The position numbers and the translations under genes were made by a program. This document shows positions 1 to 9,478 of a DNA stretch of 64,000 bases, one piece after another. This stretch comes from Candidatus Multivoradales bacterium (GTDB lineage: Bacteria; Acidobacteriota; Thermoanaerobaculia; Multivoradales; Multivoraceae): assembly GCA_965223325.1 (NCBI GenBank), contig CBDCWI010000002.1, positions 1,824,001 through 1,888,000 on the forward strand. Reading direction: 5' to 3'. Under the pieces are notes generated by a model. It was not told the origin of the DNA. It saw nothing but the letters and a program-made list of their open reading frames with translations, and ran no database searches. Each line of letters opens with the position of its first letter. Position 1 is the stretch's first letter.

Positions 1-245
1 GTGAAACGGAAGGTGTGCGAAAGCCGAAGCGGCCGGTTGACCTCCAGATACTCCCCCACGACCGCGGTGTAGCGCCCATCGGGGGAGCGCATGCGCAGTT
101 GCCCACCAGGCTCGATGCCGTCGGTGTGCAGGCGGTTGTTGAACATCGCCCGTTGCAGACCATCGGTGCGGGTGAGCTCTTGCCACACGTCGTCGAGCGA
201 CGCTTTGATGTGAACCTTGTAGACCGCGTCTTCTTCATACTTCAT
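1..245 (-). CDS. SRPBCC/AHSA1-like domain protein (partial, runs off window start)
   Basis: Read manually: ATG at 245 after an AAGGAG RBS, MKYEEDAVYKVHIKASLDDVWQELT...GEYLEVNRPLRLSHTF; overlaps the ArsR stop, the usual ArsR-SRPBCC pairing. Confidence 0.75.
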   Translation of the reverse strand, partial: MKYEEDAVYKVHIKASLDDVWQELTRTDGLQRAMFNNRLHTDGIEPGGQLRMRSPDGRYTAVVGEYLEVNRPLRLSHTFRF

Positions 246-576
246 CGTCTTTCTCCTTGTTCTCCAGTCGATACTTGAGACTTGTCAGGCGACCCGCCCA
301 GAGAGCGCTGTACTCGGTGGTCCAGCGGTCGTGGATCTGTTGGATGGGCACGACGTTGAAATAGAGGCAGCGCCTACGCCCCTCCTTTTCGCTCAACACC
401 AGATCGGCTTCCTCGAGCACCTTGAGGTGCTTCATCACGCCAATGCGGCTCATCTCGAAGCCGTCTGCGACTTCCTGCACCGTCGCTCCGGGGCTCGACT
501 TGATGAGGTCGAGGATCTGGCGACGCACGGGATGCGCGAGGGCTTTGAACGTCTTGTCCATCGGGTCGGGACTCAT
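235..576 (-). CDS. ArsR/SmtB-family HTH transcriptional regulator
   Basis: FKALAHPVRRQILDL...SRIGVMKHLKVLEEADLVLSEKEGR winged HTH. Confidence 0.9.
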   Translation of the reverse strand: MSPDPMDKTFKALAHPVRRQILDLIKSSPGATVQEVADGFEMSRIGVMKHLKVLEEADLVLSEKEGRRRCLYFNVVPIQQIHDRWTTEYSALWAGRLTSLKYRLENKEKDDEV

Positions 577-603
577 CGAGTCCTCCTCGAGGCAACTTCT
601 AAT

Positions 604-619
604 GTAACTAAATAGTTAC
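604..619. promoter_or_regulatory. Palindromic operator, probably for the ArsR regulator
   Basis: GTAACTA-AA-TAGTTAC perfect 7-2-7 inverted repeat just upstream of the ArsR start. Confidence 0.6.
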
Positions 620-767
620 CTATTCGACGCAACCCTGTCAAGCCCGTTGCGAAAAAAAGTTGCAACGACCGAGTCAGGGCGCGCCGGCCCACGGCGGCAC
701 GCCCCAGGATGGAGACCTACCTCGAACCCAGCCCGAGGCGATCGCAGCCGGCCCGACTCCTACGACT

Positions 768-1448
768 TCAGGAGTGCGCCTTCTTCAGAAGCTCAGGAAA
801 CTTCGCCTGGAACTTCTTGAGCCGCGGAATCGAAACGTTCCGCACGTAGGGATTGTTGGGATTGAGACGCTCGTAGTCCTGGTGGTATTCCTCGGCGCGC
901 CAGAACTTCTCAATCAACTGGATCTCAGCCGCGATCGGTTGGTCGTACTTGCCCGACGCAGCAAGGTCGGCCTTCTTCTTCTCGGCGATCGCCTTCTCAT
1001 CGTCGTTAGCGTAGAAAAGAACGGAGCGATACTGCTTGCCGAGATCCGGCCCCTGACCGTTCACCTGTGTGACATTGTGCGAGCCGAAGAAGACATCGAC
1101 CAGAGTGGCGTAGGAAACCACCTCGGGATCGTAGTAGACCTTCACCGCTTCGGCATGATCCGTCTGGCCGCGCCCGACCTGCTCGTAGGTCGGGTTCTCT
1201 TGTTGGCCGCCGGCGTAGCCCGAAACCGCTTCAAAGACCCCTTCGACGCTCTCGTAGATGGCCTCCACGCACCAGAAACAACCCGAGGCAAAGTAGGCAA
1301 CGGCAGCGTCTTCAGGAACCGGCATCTTCTCGGCAGCGACGACCGGAGCTGAGGCCCCCGACGGCCCCAAAACCAATGCCGCGAGGCCAAGGAAGGCAAG
1401 CGCGAGCAGCGCAACGGTGAACAGAGAGCGTGTGTGGCTGGATGACAT
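768..1448 (-). CDS. msrA: Peptide-methionine (S)-S-oxide reductase with N-terminal signal/anchor
   Basis: GCFWC active site, AEEYHQDY motif, hydrophobic N-terminus. Confidence 0.92.
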   Translation of the reverse strand: MSSSHTRSLFTVALLALAFLGLAALVLGPSGASAPVVAAEKMPVPEDAAVAYFASGCFWCVEAIYESVEGVFEAVSGYAGGQQENPTYEQVGRGQTDHAEAVKVYYDPEVVSYATLVDVFFGSHNVTQVNGQGPDLGKQYRSVLFYANDDEKAIAEKKKADLAASGKYDQPIAAEIQLIEKFWRAEEYHQDYERLNPNNPYVRNVSIPRLKKFQAKFPELLKKAHS

Positions 1449-1617
1449 GGCGGATCCCCCGCGGTCGTTTTCGTTTCTTCGGCACTACTTTTTCATACGC
1501 AGCTGGGCACGACCGCGGATCACCCGCTGTCGGAAAACTTTGTCGGGCTCCGGCGGTGTTCGGCAGTGCTACCTTGGCGTGGCCAACCACAACCGCAAAG
1601 AGACCTCGGAGATTCCC

Positions 1618-2238
1618 ATGTCGCCAACCGTCGAGTTCCACTTCGACTTCGGAAGCCCCAACGCCTACCTCTCCCACCTGGTGATTCCCGGCATCGAAGA
1701 GCGGACTGGTGTGTCCTTCGACTACATCCCCATCCTGCTCGGGGGTGTCTTCAAGGCAACCAACAATGTCTCCCCGGCCGTCGCCTTCGCCGGCATCAAG
1801 AACAAGCGCGAGTACCAGCAGCTCGAGACCGAGCGCTTCATCGCGGCGCACGGGATTACGGCCTTCGCGATGAACCCGCACTTCCCGGTCAACACCCTGA
1901 TGCTCATGCGCGGCGCGATCGTCGCCCAACGCGACGGCTACATGAAGCGCTTCGTCGATGAGATGTATCACCACATGTGGGCCGAGCCCAAGAAAATGGA
2001 CGACCCCGAAGTCGTCATGGCGGCCCTCGTGGAGTCCGACCTGCCAGCCGAGGCGATCGCTGCCGGCGTCCAGGACCCGGGGGTCAAGCAGCAGCTCATC
2101 AGCAACACCGAAGCGTCGGTGGCTCGCGGAGTCTTCGGCAGCCCGAGCTTCTTCGTCGATGATCAGCTCTACTTCGGAAAGGACCGTCTGCGCGACGTCG
2201 AAGAAGCGATCGTCGCGGCACGTCACGACGGCGCGTGA
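1618..2238 (+). CDS. 2-hydroxychromene-2-carboxylate isomerase / kappa-GST (DsbA-like) family protein
   Basis: FHFDFGSPNAYL, GVFGSPSFFV, FGKDRL motifs; ATG 1618 chosen after GGAG. Confidence 0.88.
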   Translation: MSPTVEFHFDFGSPNAYLSHLVIPGIEERTGVSFDYIPILLGGVFKATNNVSPAVAFAGIKNKREYQQLETERFIAAHGITAFAMNPHFPVNTLMLMRGAIVAQRDGYMKRFVDEMYHHMWAEPKKMDDPEVVMAALVESDLPAEAIAAGVQDPGVKQQLISNTEASVARGVFGSPSFFVDDQLYFGKDRLRDVEEAIVAARHDGA

Positions 2239-2539
2239 CCTGCGGCAGGGATGCCATGCGTTGGTGCGGGGGCTGGATGGCGCGTGGTGCGCCACCCAGC
2301 TCGGAGTGAAGGCTGTGGCAGGAAGGGTGGAAGGGTTCTGGTTGGAAGGTGGAGGGAAGCGGCGGCCGAATAGCCACCTGTCTTTCTCCACGCAAGAACC
2401 CGAACCAACCCGCCAGGTTTCACCAGCGGAACCACCGATCCGCAGACGAGAACCACCCGAGCGCATTCGCCACAACCACATCGGGAACAAAGCTCCCTTC
2501 GAGCGATTGATTCGGGTGCAACCTCCCCTCTAACCCAGC

Positions 2540-3172
2540 GTGAGACTCCCCATGCCGCTGGCCTCGAGCGACCGCAAGCTCCGCCGACGTCTTCTCGACG
2601 GCGACGAAACCGCCTTCGATGAACTCTTCCGCGACCTGGTGCCGCGGCTCTATCGCATCGTCCTGACACGCGTCGACGGGCGCAGCGATCTCGCCGAAGA
2701 CCTGGTACAACGCACTCTCTTCCTCGGCATGAGGAAGCTGCACACATACCGCGGTGAAGCGCGCCTTTTAACCTGGTTCGCCACCATTGCCATCCGTGAA
2801 GCGGGGCACGCAGCCCGCGCCGAGGGACGGCGGGCAGAAACTGTCTCGATCACCGAGTCGCCCGAGATTCGTTCAGCCCTCGAGTTGCTCGAATCTCAAG
2901 AGGCCTCACCGGAACAAACGGCGCAACAACGAGAGGTCAAGCGCCTGGTGCGAGAGGTCCTGGCACGCCTCCCGGAACGCTACGCCCGAACGCTCGAACT
3001 CAAGTATCTCGAAGAACGGACGGTCAAGGAGATCGCCGAGCACCTGGGAACCGGAACGGTGGCTGTGCAGTCCGTCCTGGCCCGCGCGCGAGAAGCATTC
3101 CGAACAAGCTTCGAACAGATTGCCGCCGATGCGGCCCTGGGCGGTGCACCGCCCGCAGGAGGCGCATCTTGA
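2540..3172 (+). CDS. ECF sigma-70 factor (FecI-like)
   Basis: Region 2 (AEDLVQ...YRGEARLLTWF) and region 4 HTH; followed by FecR and a receptor. Confidence 0.9.
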   Translation: MRLPMPLASSDRKLRRRLLDGDETAFDELFRDLVPRLYRIVLTRVDGRSDLAEDLVQRTLFLGMRKLHTYRGEARLLTWFATIAIREAGHAARAEGRRAETVSITESPEIRSALELLESQEASPEQTAQQREVKRLVREVLARLPERYARTLELKYLEERTVKEIAEHLGTGTVAVQSVLARAREAFRTSFEQIAADAALGGAPPAGGAS

Positions 3173-4233
3173 AGGACGACCGCAACGACAGCCCGGCGGA
3201 GCGACCAGACGCTGACCCGGTGGCACGTCTTGTCCGCCTGGCGAGCCTCGATGGTGCGCTCTCTGAGGACGCCAGAGAACGACTGCGCGAGACGACCCGA
3301 CCGCACTGGCAGCGAGCGGTCGCGCGCCAACGAAGGCGCTCGCAGCTCGCCAGGCCCGGTGCGGTTCGACTCATTGCCGCCGCCGGAGTGGCCGCCCTTC
3401 TTGTGGGCGGATTGCTTCTCGCGAGCTCGCACTGGGCGGACGCGGTGTTTGTGCGACCCATCGCCCGGGTGGTCGCGATCGATCGCGGAAACGGCATCGA
3501 AGCGGCACCGCGCCTGATCAGAACGTCGGAGAGCATCGCGACCCAAGACCAACGATGGGTGCTCGAGCTGCTTGGAGAGGGAGTCGCCGGTACGTCCGTG
3601 CGCCTCGACCGAGAGACCGAACTCTTCTTTCGAAGAGACGGCGGCATGCAGCTTCTACGAGGTGCGATCTATGTCGATACTCGAGGCCCGCTCGACCGCG
3701 CCATCTCGGTCTACACGCCACACATCCGCGCGGTGGACGTCGGCACGCAGTTCGAAGTGCGGCTGGTCGAGGAGAAAAACCAACGCGACGAAGAAGTGTA
3801 TGTGCGCAAAGGAGCGGTCGAAGTCACCCTTCTCGACCCTGCCACCGACGAGACAGGCCCGGCCTGGGCGGTATTTACAGGCGAACGCCTCGAGCTGCCC
3901 GCGGGGACCGAACAGCCGCTGATCGACGTCATCGCGGCTTCAGCGAGTCGTTGGTCCTGGGTGAGCGACCTGGCAAGCGCGCGCTCCTTCGATGGCCGAC
4001 CGCTCAGGGAGTTGGTCGCCTGGTCGGCACATGAACTGGGGCTCGAGGTCCACACCGAGGATGGCGAAGCGGCGAAAGCGGTTCAGGAAGCCACGGTCTT
4101 TGGCGACGTCTTGGGGCTGCGCCCGAAAGAGGCACTCGATACGGCCCTCGCGGTCTCGGGCCTCTTCGCCACCGTCGACGACGGGACCCTCCTAATCAGA
4201 GCGCGCGGCAAGCAAGGAGGCGTGTCGCCTTGA
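3169..4233 (+). CDS. FecR-family anti-sigma factor
   Basis: Single TM, then LLRGAIYVD and VDVGTQFEVR FecR motifs; TTGA overlap with the sigma gene. Confidence 0.85.
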   Translation: MKDDRNDSPAERPDADPVARLVRLASLDGALSEDARERLRETTRPHWQRAVARQRRRSQLARPGAVRLIAAAGVAALLVGGLLLASSHWADAVFVRPIARVVAIDRGNGIEAAPRLIRTSESIATQDQRWVLELLGEGVAGTSVRLDRETELFFRRDGGMQLLRGAIYVDTRGPLDRAISVYTPHIRAVDVGTQFEVRLVEEKNQRDEEVYVRKGAVEVTLLDPATDETGPAWAVFTGERLELPAGTEQPLIDVIAASASRWSWVSDLASARSFDGRPLRELVAWSAHELGLEVHTEDGEAAKAVQEATVFGDVLGLRPKEALDTALAVSGLFATVDDGTLLIRARGKQGGVSP

Positions 4234-6930
4234 ACTTTCCTCCGGCGAGTCGCTTCAGCTGGCACACCAAGTCGTTCGTCATCTCATGCTTCGCGTTGCT
4301 CACGCTGGCAGGCGCCACCCCAAGCCAAGAACGGAGCCGGGAGCAGGGCTACCAGGGTCGACCTGTCCGGGCGGTCCTCGAGGAGTTGCGCGATCGCGGC
4401 GTGCCGCTGGTCTGGAGCAGCTCGGTCGTAGGCAACGATCTCGCCGTCATCGACGAGCCCACGGCGGAACGACCCCTACGCGCTCTCCGGCAGATGCTCA
4501 GAAGCCACGGCTTGACGCTCGAGAAGGGCGCCCGCCAGATCTGGATGGTGGTACCGCTCGAACGAGAGGCTCGAAGCGACGGCCTGGTTCAACTCACGGG
4601 CGTCGTCGTCGACAGCGCGGGCGAGCCCGCTTCCGGCGTTCGCGTCCTACTGCCCGATCACAACCTCGAAGAAACCACCGATCAGGAAGGACGCTTCGCC
4701 TTCACTCCCCTGCCTCCAGGCCAAGCACGCCTGGAGGTGCTCACCGCCGCCGCGGGAGCACCGCAGGTCGTAGCCTCCGAAGAGTTGCTCCTCGAGACTC
4801 CCCGTGAAGGATCAGCCCAGGAGACTCCCCATGAAGTCTCCCTGGTGGTACGCGTTGAACAGGGGCCGATGGCCATCGACTCGATCGACGTCGTGTCGCG
4901 CATTTCGCTCCTCGAAGACACTCCGGTAACCGGCGTGTCACTCGATGAGGAGGCCATCGACGCCTTGCCCCACTTTGGTGACGACCTGCTACGTGCGGCC
5001 AAGGCCCTACCCGGAGTGGCCTCGGGCGACCTGACCGCCGACTTCCAGGTGCGCGGTGGCCTCGCCGACGAGGTCCTCTATCGCCTCGATGGGTTGGAAC
5101 TCTATGAGCCCTTCCACCTGCGCGACGTCAACGGCCTCTTCAGCCTCTTCGACCCGCAGATCATGGCCGGGGTCGAACTGATCCCCGGAAACTTCCCGGC
5201 CGAGTTCGGCGACCGCTCCGCCGGAGTACTCGACATGACGACAACCATCGAAGAGGCAACCAGGGGCAATGCCGGAGTGAGCTTCTCGAACCTGTGGCTC
5301 GGCGGCGGCGGTTCGTTCGACGAAGAGCGCGGACACTGGCTGGCCTCGGCGCGGCGCGGCTATCTGGACCTGGTGCTCGACCTCGCCGGCGAAGACGACG
5401 ACGACGACAACCCCGACCCAGAGTACTGGGACGCCTTCGGCAAACTCGACTACCAGGTGAGCGAGCGCAATCGCGTCGCCTTCCAGACCTTGATCGCCGA
5501 GGATCGCCTGGAGCTAACAACCGACGAGCCCGACGAGATCCTCGACTTCGAGACCACCTTCGTCGATCGCTACGCGTGGATACGCCATCAGGGAACCACG
5601 GGCAAGCGCGTCTCCGCCGACACGGTGTTCTCGGTCGCCCAGATCGACCACGACCGCTTCACTCTCTTTCGCGACTTTCGCCGCCGCGACATGCGGCTCG
5701 AAGAGTCATTCGATCTCGACGATGATCGTCGCGTCGACCTGGTGGGCCTGCGCCAGGATTGGCATCTCCAGCTGGCCGCCGAAAGGCCCTTCTCGCACCT
5801 GCTCAAGTTCGGGGCTGAGCTCCGTGCTTTCGACGTCTTCTTCGACTACGCCGCCACCGCGGTTCTCGAAGACCCGATCAACGACCCGCGTTTCAGTGCG
5901 GGTCTGGTTGTGCCCCAGGCAATCGAATCCTTCGACGGTGAGCACTGGTCGGTGTACGCGAGCGACAGGTTCCGCGTAGGCCCGCGCCTGGTCGTAGAAG
6001 CCGGAGTGCGCTACGACGAACAAACCCTCACCGACTCCGACCAGGTCAGCCCGCGGCTTCATCTCCTCTTGCCAATGGGCCGCACCGGAACCCTGCGCGC
6101 CGCCTGGGGCCACTACTTCCAATCCCAGAAGCCCCACGAACTCGAAGTGCAATTCGGCGAGACCGCGTTCCAGAGAGCCCAACGCGATGTGCACTGGAGT
6201 CTCGGCTGGGAGCACTACAACACGCGCTTCGGCACCCTGCGCGTAGAGGCCTACAGGCGCGAAAACGATCGGCCGCTGCGCCGCTACGAAACCGTCTTCG
6301 ACGCCTTCCGACCGCTGCCGCAAATCGCACCGGGCCTGACGCTCATTGCGCCCCAGCGCTCGGAGAGCGAAGGCCTCGAGATCTACCTCGCCGGCCGCAG
6401 CGACCGTCCGCTCACCTGGTTCGCTTCCTTCGGCCTCGCCGAAACTGTCGATGTGCTCCCGGATGGCACGCGTCAACCGCGCTTCTTCGACCAGGAGAAC
6501 AGCCTGACAGCAGCGCTCTTCTGGCGGCCCGGCCTGCGCTGGACCTTCGCAACCGTCCTCCGCTACCACTCGGGCTGGCCCACCACCGCCATCTCGGCCA
6601 CCGTCGACCGCAACGACGACCCACGCCAGCTCAACTACGAGATTGGGCCGTTCTACGCCGAAGACCTCGCCGACTACGCAAGCGTTGACGTACGCATCAA
6701 GAGAACGTCACTTCGAAAGCGCGGCGCTTTCTCGATCTTCCTCGACGTCCAGAACCTCCTCGACCGCGAGAACCGCCGCGGACACGACCTTGAAGACTTC
6801 CGTTTCGTCGACTGCCAGGCCGACGGCATCTGCGCGGTGGAGTTTCGGGAGACCGACTGGTTGGGGCATCTGTCGGCCTGGGTTTTCGTTGGACACATGA
6901 CCCGAGCTAAGTTCGGGTTGGAGGTGTCGA

Positions 6931-7278
6931 ATGTCGAAGACGAAACGAAGAGCTCCGAAGACGAAGGGCCGTTGGTCCGCAAAGCGCAAGGCCTCTGTGG
7001 TCCTGCGTCTTCTTCGCGGCGAGTCGCTTGACGAGGTGTCGCGCGAGACCGGCCTGACGGTGGCTCGTCTGAGCGAGTGGCGCGAGTCCTTCCTGAGCGC
7101 AGGTGAGGAGGGCTTGAAAGCCCGTACCGAGGATCCGGTGGTCGAGTCTCTTGTCGAGGACAAGCGGCGGCTGCAGGCGAAGATCGGTGAACTGACGATG
7201 GATCAGGAGCTTCTGTTCGAGAAGATCCATCGCTTGGAGGGCGAGAAGCCTTTTCTTGGATGGAGGTCGAGGAAGTGA
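6931..7278 (+). CDS. IS3-family transposase OrfA (HTH)
   Basis: RWSAKRKASVVLRLLRGESLDEVSRETG HTH and a coiled-coil LQAKIGELTMD. Confidence 0.88.
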   Translation: MSKTKRRAPKTKGRWSAKRKASVVLRLLRGESLDEVSRETGLTVARLSEWRESFLSAGEEGLKARTEDPVVESLVEDKRRLQAKIGELTMDQELLFEKIHRLEGEKPFLGWRSRK

Positions 7279-8180
7279 GTGCCGCACCCTCTCCCTCCAC
7301 AGGAATCCGCTACGGCATATCACGGGTCTGTCGTCTCTGGGAGGTTGCCCGGTCTGGCTTCTACGCCGCGCGCAAGCGCCGCGAGTCTTGCGGGATCGAG
7401 AAGCGCAAGACCGGCCCGAAGACGGCGGTCTCGGATCAGGAGCTGGTGGCCATGATCCAAGAGGTCGTGCGCGAGCTCGAGCAGGAGACCGGCTTGCGTG
7501 GCGAAGGGCATCGCAAGGTGAGGGCTCGCCTGAGGGCACGCGACGTCCACGTGGGTCGAGAGCGAGTGCTACGCCTGATGCGCGAGAACTCGCTTCTTGC
7601 ACCTACTCGCGTGGGTCGCGAGCGTGGCCCTCGGGTCCACGACGGGACGATCACGATGCCAGAGCCCGATCTGATGTGGGGCACCGACGCAACGATGACC
7701 TGGACGAGAGAGGAAGGCCTGGCCTGGATCTTCGTCGCCGTGGATCACTGCACCAGCGAGTGCATCGGGATCCACGCCTCGAGGTCGGGGAATCGCTTCG
7801 AGGCTCTCGAGCCTGTGCGCCAGGGCGTTCGTGAGCACTTCGGCGAGCCCGATCAGGGCGTCGCGCTGGGCCTGGGCCTGCGCCACGACTGGGGCAGCGC
7901 GTACGCCAGCCGAGACTTCCAGCAGGAGATCGACTTTCTGGGCATCTGCTCGTCGCCGAGCTTCGTGCGGGCTCCGGAAGGCAACGGTGTCGCCGAGCGC
8001 TTCATCCGAACCCTGAAGGAGCAGCTGCTCTGGGTGAAGAGATTCGACACCGTCGAAGACCTGCGTCTCGCGTTGCTCGACTTCAAGGCGAAGTACAACC
8101 AGAACTGGCTGGTCGAGAAGCACGGCTACCTGACGCCCGCTCAGATCCGTTCAGAGTGGAAGCTCTCAAAGGCCGCCTGA
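7275..8180 (+). CDS. IS3-family transposase OrfB (DDE integrase core)
   Basis: WGTDAT, RHDWGS, NGVAERFIRTLKE; GTGA overlap with orfA. Confidence 0.9.
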   Translation: MSAAPSPSTGIRYGISRVCRLWEVARSGFYAARKRRESCGIEKRKTGPKTAVSDQELVAMIQEVVRELEQETGLRGEGHRKVRARLRARDVHVGRERVLRLMRENSLLAPTRVGRERGPRVHDGTITMPEPDLMWGTDATMTWTREEGLAWIFVAVDHCTSECIGIHASRSGNRFEALEPVRQGVREHFGEPDQGVALGLGLRHDWGSAYASRDFQQEIDFLGICSSPSFVRAPEGNGVAERFIRTLKEQLLWVKRFDTVEDLRLALLDFKAKYNQNWLVEKHGYLTPAQIRSEWKLSKAA

Positions 8181-8364
8181 GGAGCGCCACGATGGCGGTA
8201 CCTGCACCATGCAACACCCGCGAGAAGCCCAACACAGGGCAACCTCGCGATCCGATTCCCAAGGCGACGAGGCAGAATCGCCGTCATCACAAACAACTGT
8301 CCACTAAACCAAGACCGCTACAGGGCTCCTCCCGTCACTGGGTGTGTCCTGGGAGTTCTAGCGG

Positions 8365-8476
8365 CTAGCCAAGGGCGTGGTCTTGCGGCTTTCTACAGAG
8401 GACCTTGGTTGGGATGGCGGTACGGGTAGCGGCGACCTTGCTCTTGTGGTTGGTCGTGTACCACGCCCCTGGCTAG
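8365..8476. repeat. Small CTAG-bounded inverted-repeat element (MITE/REP-like)
   Basis: Ends CTAGCCAAGGGCGTGGT and ACCACGCCCCTGGCTAG are reverse complements at 16/17 positions. Confidence 0.55.
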
Positions 8477-9233
8477 CGTCACCCTTGCGGCTCAAGCGGT
8501 CCGCCGGGCGGGATTTGTTCCAACGCGCTCGCCCTGCACCAGCGACTTCGGACTGCGATGGTCTGGCGCGCGCCGCGGATTCTTGACTTTGCTAAAACGC
8601 CCCTGTTCGGATCGGGACCGCTTCGTTTGCCTCGGCTGAGAGTCGCTACCGGGGTGGACGGGATCGCGTGATCGTCTGGCAAACTAGGCACGCCTTGCGC
8701 TCGGCCAGTCGCGCGCTTTGGAAGGACTTCCATTGGACGAACAACAACGCGCGGTTCTAAGCGCGCTCTTCATGCGCCAGTCGGTACTTTCGCCCGCCGT
8801 CACCATTGACGGCGCACCACTCCTCGGCCAGGCCCTCTTCGCCTTCCAGCCCGAGCGCTGCGCTCCTCGTGCACGTCTCGAGCCTGGCGCGCCACGCGCG
8901 GGCTCGGCGAGATCTCGCGCGAATGACCGCGCTGACCAGTTGCATACGAATCAGCTGCTCTACCCCGGTAGGATTTGGGCGCTTTCTTGACACCAGGAGT
9001 ACCATACGCAATACTGTTGGTCCCCAAGTCGTCCCTTTTGCCGGACACTTGGCTAAATCATCTCGTCTCACACCCTTGCCAACTAGCTAGGTGATCCCTG
9101 AGAGGGTTAGGCCCTTGCCTCAGCGCACGTGACGTGCACTGGGTGCGACCATCTGCAGCCTGAGGTGCCGCTTCTCGATTGCTCGAGATCGACTAGGGCG
9201 GCTGCAACCAAAACCCTTGTAGGAGGAACATGC

Positions 9234-9446
9234 ATGTTGAAGACGAAACGGTTCTGGCTGATCGCCCTTTTCCTGGCCATTGCTGCATTTGGCCTCGCCT
9301 TCAGTGGTTCGCTCTTTGCGTTCGGTTGTCGCACCTGCGGCGGCTCCGGGTTGGGCCCCGGCGCATGTGTCAACGGTGGCGACGCGCTCATCTGCATCTA
9401 CGAACCCGGGACCGGATGCATCGACTACTCCAGCTGCACCTACTGA
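9234..9446 (+). CDS. Small secreted cysteine-rich peptide (70 aa, 6 Cys)
   Basis: AGGAGG RBS at 9221; MLKTKRFWLIALFLAIAAFGLAFSGSLFA signal-like, then GCRTCGGSGLGPGACVNGGDALICIYEPGTGCIDYSSCTY. Confidence 0.75.
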   Translation: MLKTKRFWLIALFLAIAAFGLAFSGSLFAFGCRTCGGSGLGPGACVNGGDALICIYEPGTGCIDYSSCTY

Positions 9447-9478
9447 ACCGGCCAGGCAACCCCCTGGTTTACTAGTCG

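Larger units (their letters stand above)
6871..8322 (+). mobile_element. IS3-family insertion sequence (1452 bp)
   Basis: Imperfect 25-bp terminal IRs TGTCGGCCTGGGTTTTCGTTGGACA (6871-6895) and TGTCCACTAAACCAAGACCGCTACA (8298-8322), TG...CA ends, orfA/orfB. Confidence 0.9.
4230..8361 (+). pseudogene. TonB-dependent receptor (signalling extension, carboxypeptidase-regulatory-like domain, plug, barrel) interrupted by an IS3 element
   Basis: Plug motif LPGV...FQVRGG...GNFPAEFGDRSAGVLD; reads ...ETDWLG to 6866, and GLLPSLGVSWEF* resumes at 8323-8361 after the IS. Confidence 0.88.

Noticed and set aside
1312-2490. Long antisense ORFs here and at 12978-14393, 24137-25300, 35100-36170, 38738-39892, 45711-46943, 48473-49594 and 61684-62928
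   Set aside because: Shadow frames of real genes, expected in GC-rich DNA; no motifs except the remnant noted at 62698
6871-7031. C-terminal tail of the 933-aa ORF as native receptor sequence
   Set aside because: It is IS sequence read in frame; the native end is at 8323-8361
8700-9100. Short ORFs on both strands (for example ...EEWCAVNGDGGRKYRL)
   Set aside because: No RBS or recognisable domain; may be a decayed gene but cannot be supported
9234-9446. RiPP (ranthipeptide/lanthipeptide) precursor
   Set aside because: Has a Sec-type signal rather than a leader peptide, and no modifying enzyme or peptidase-transporter is nearby
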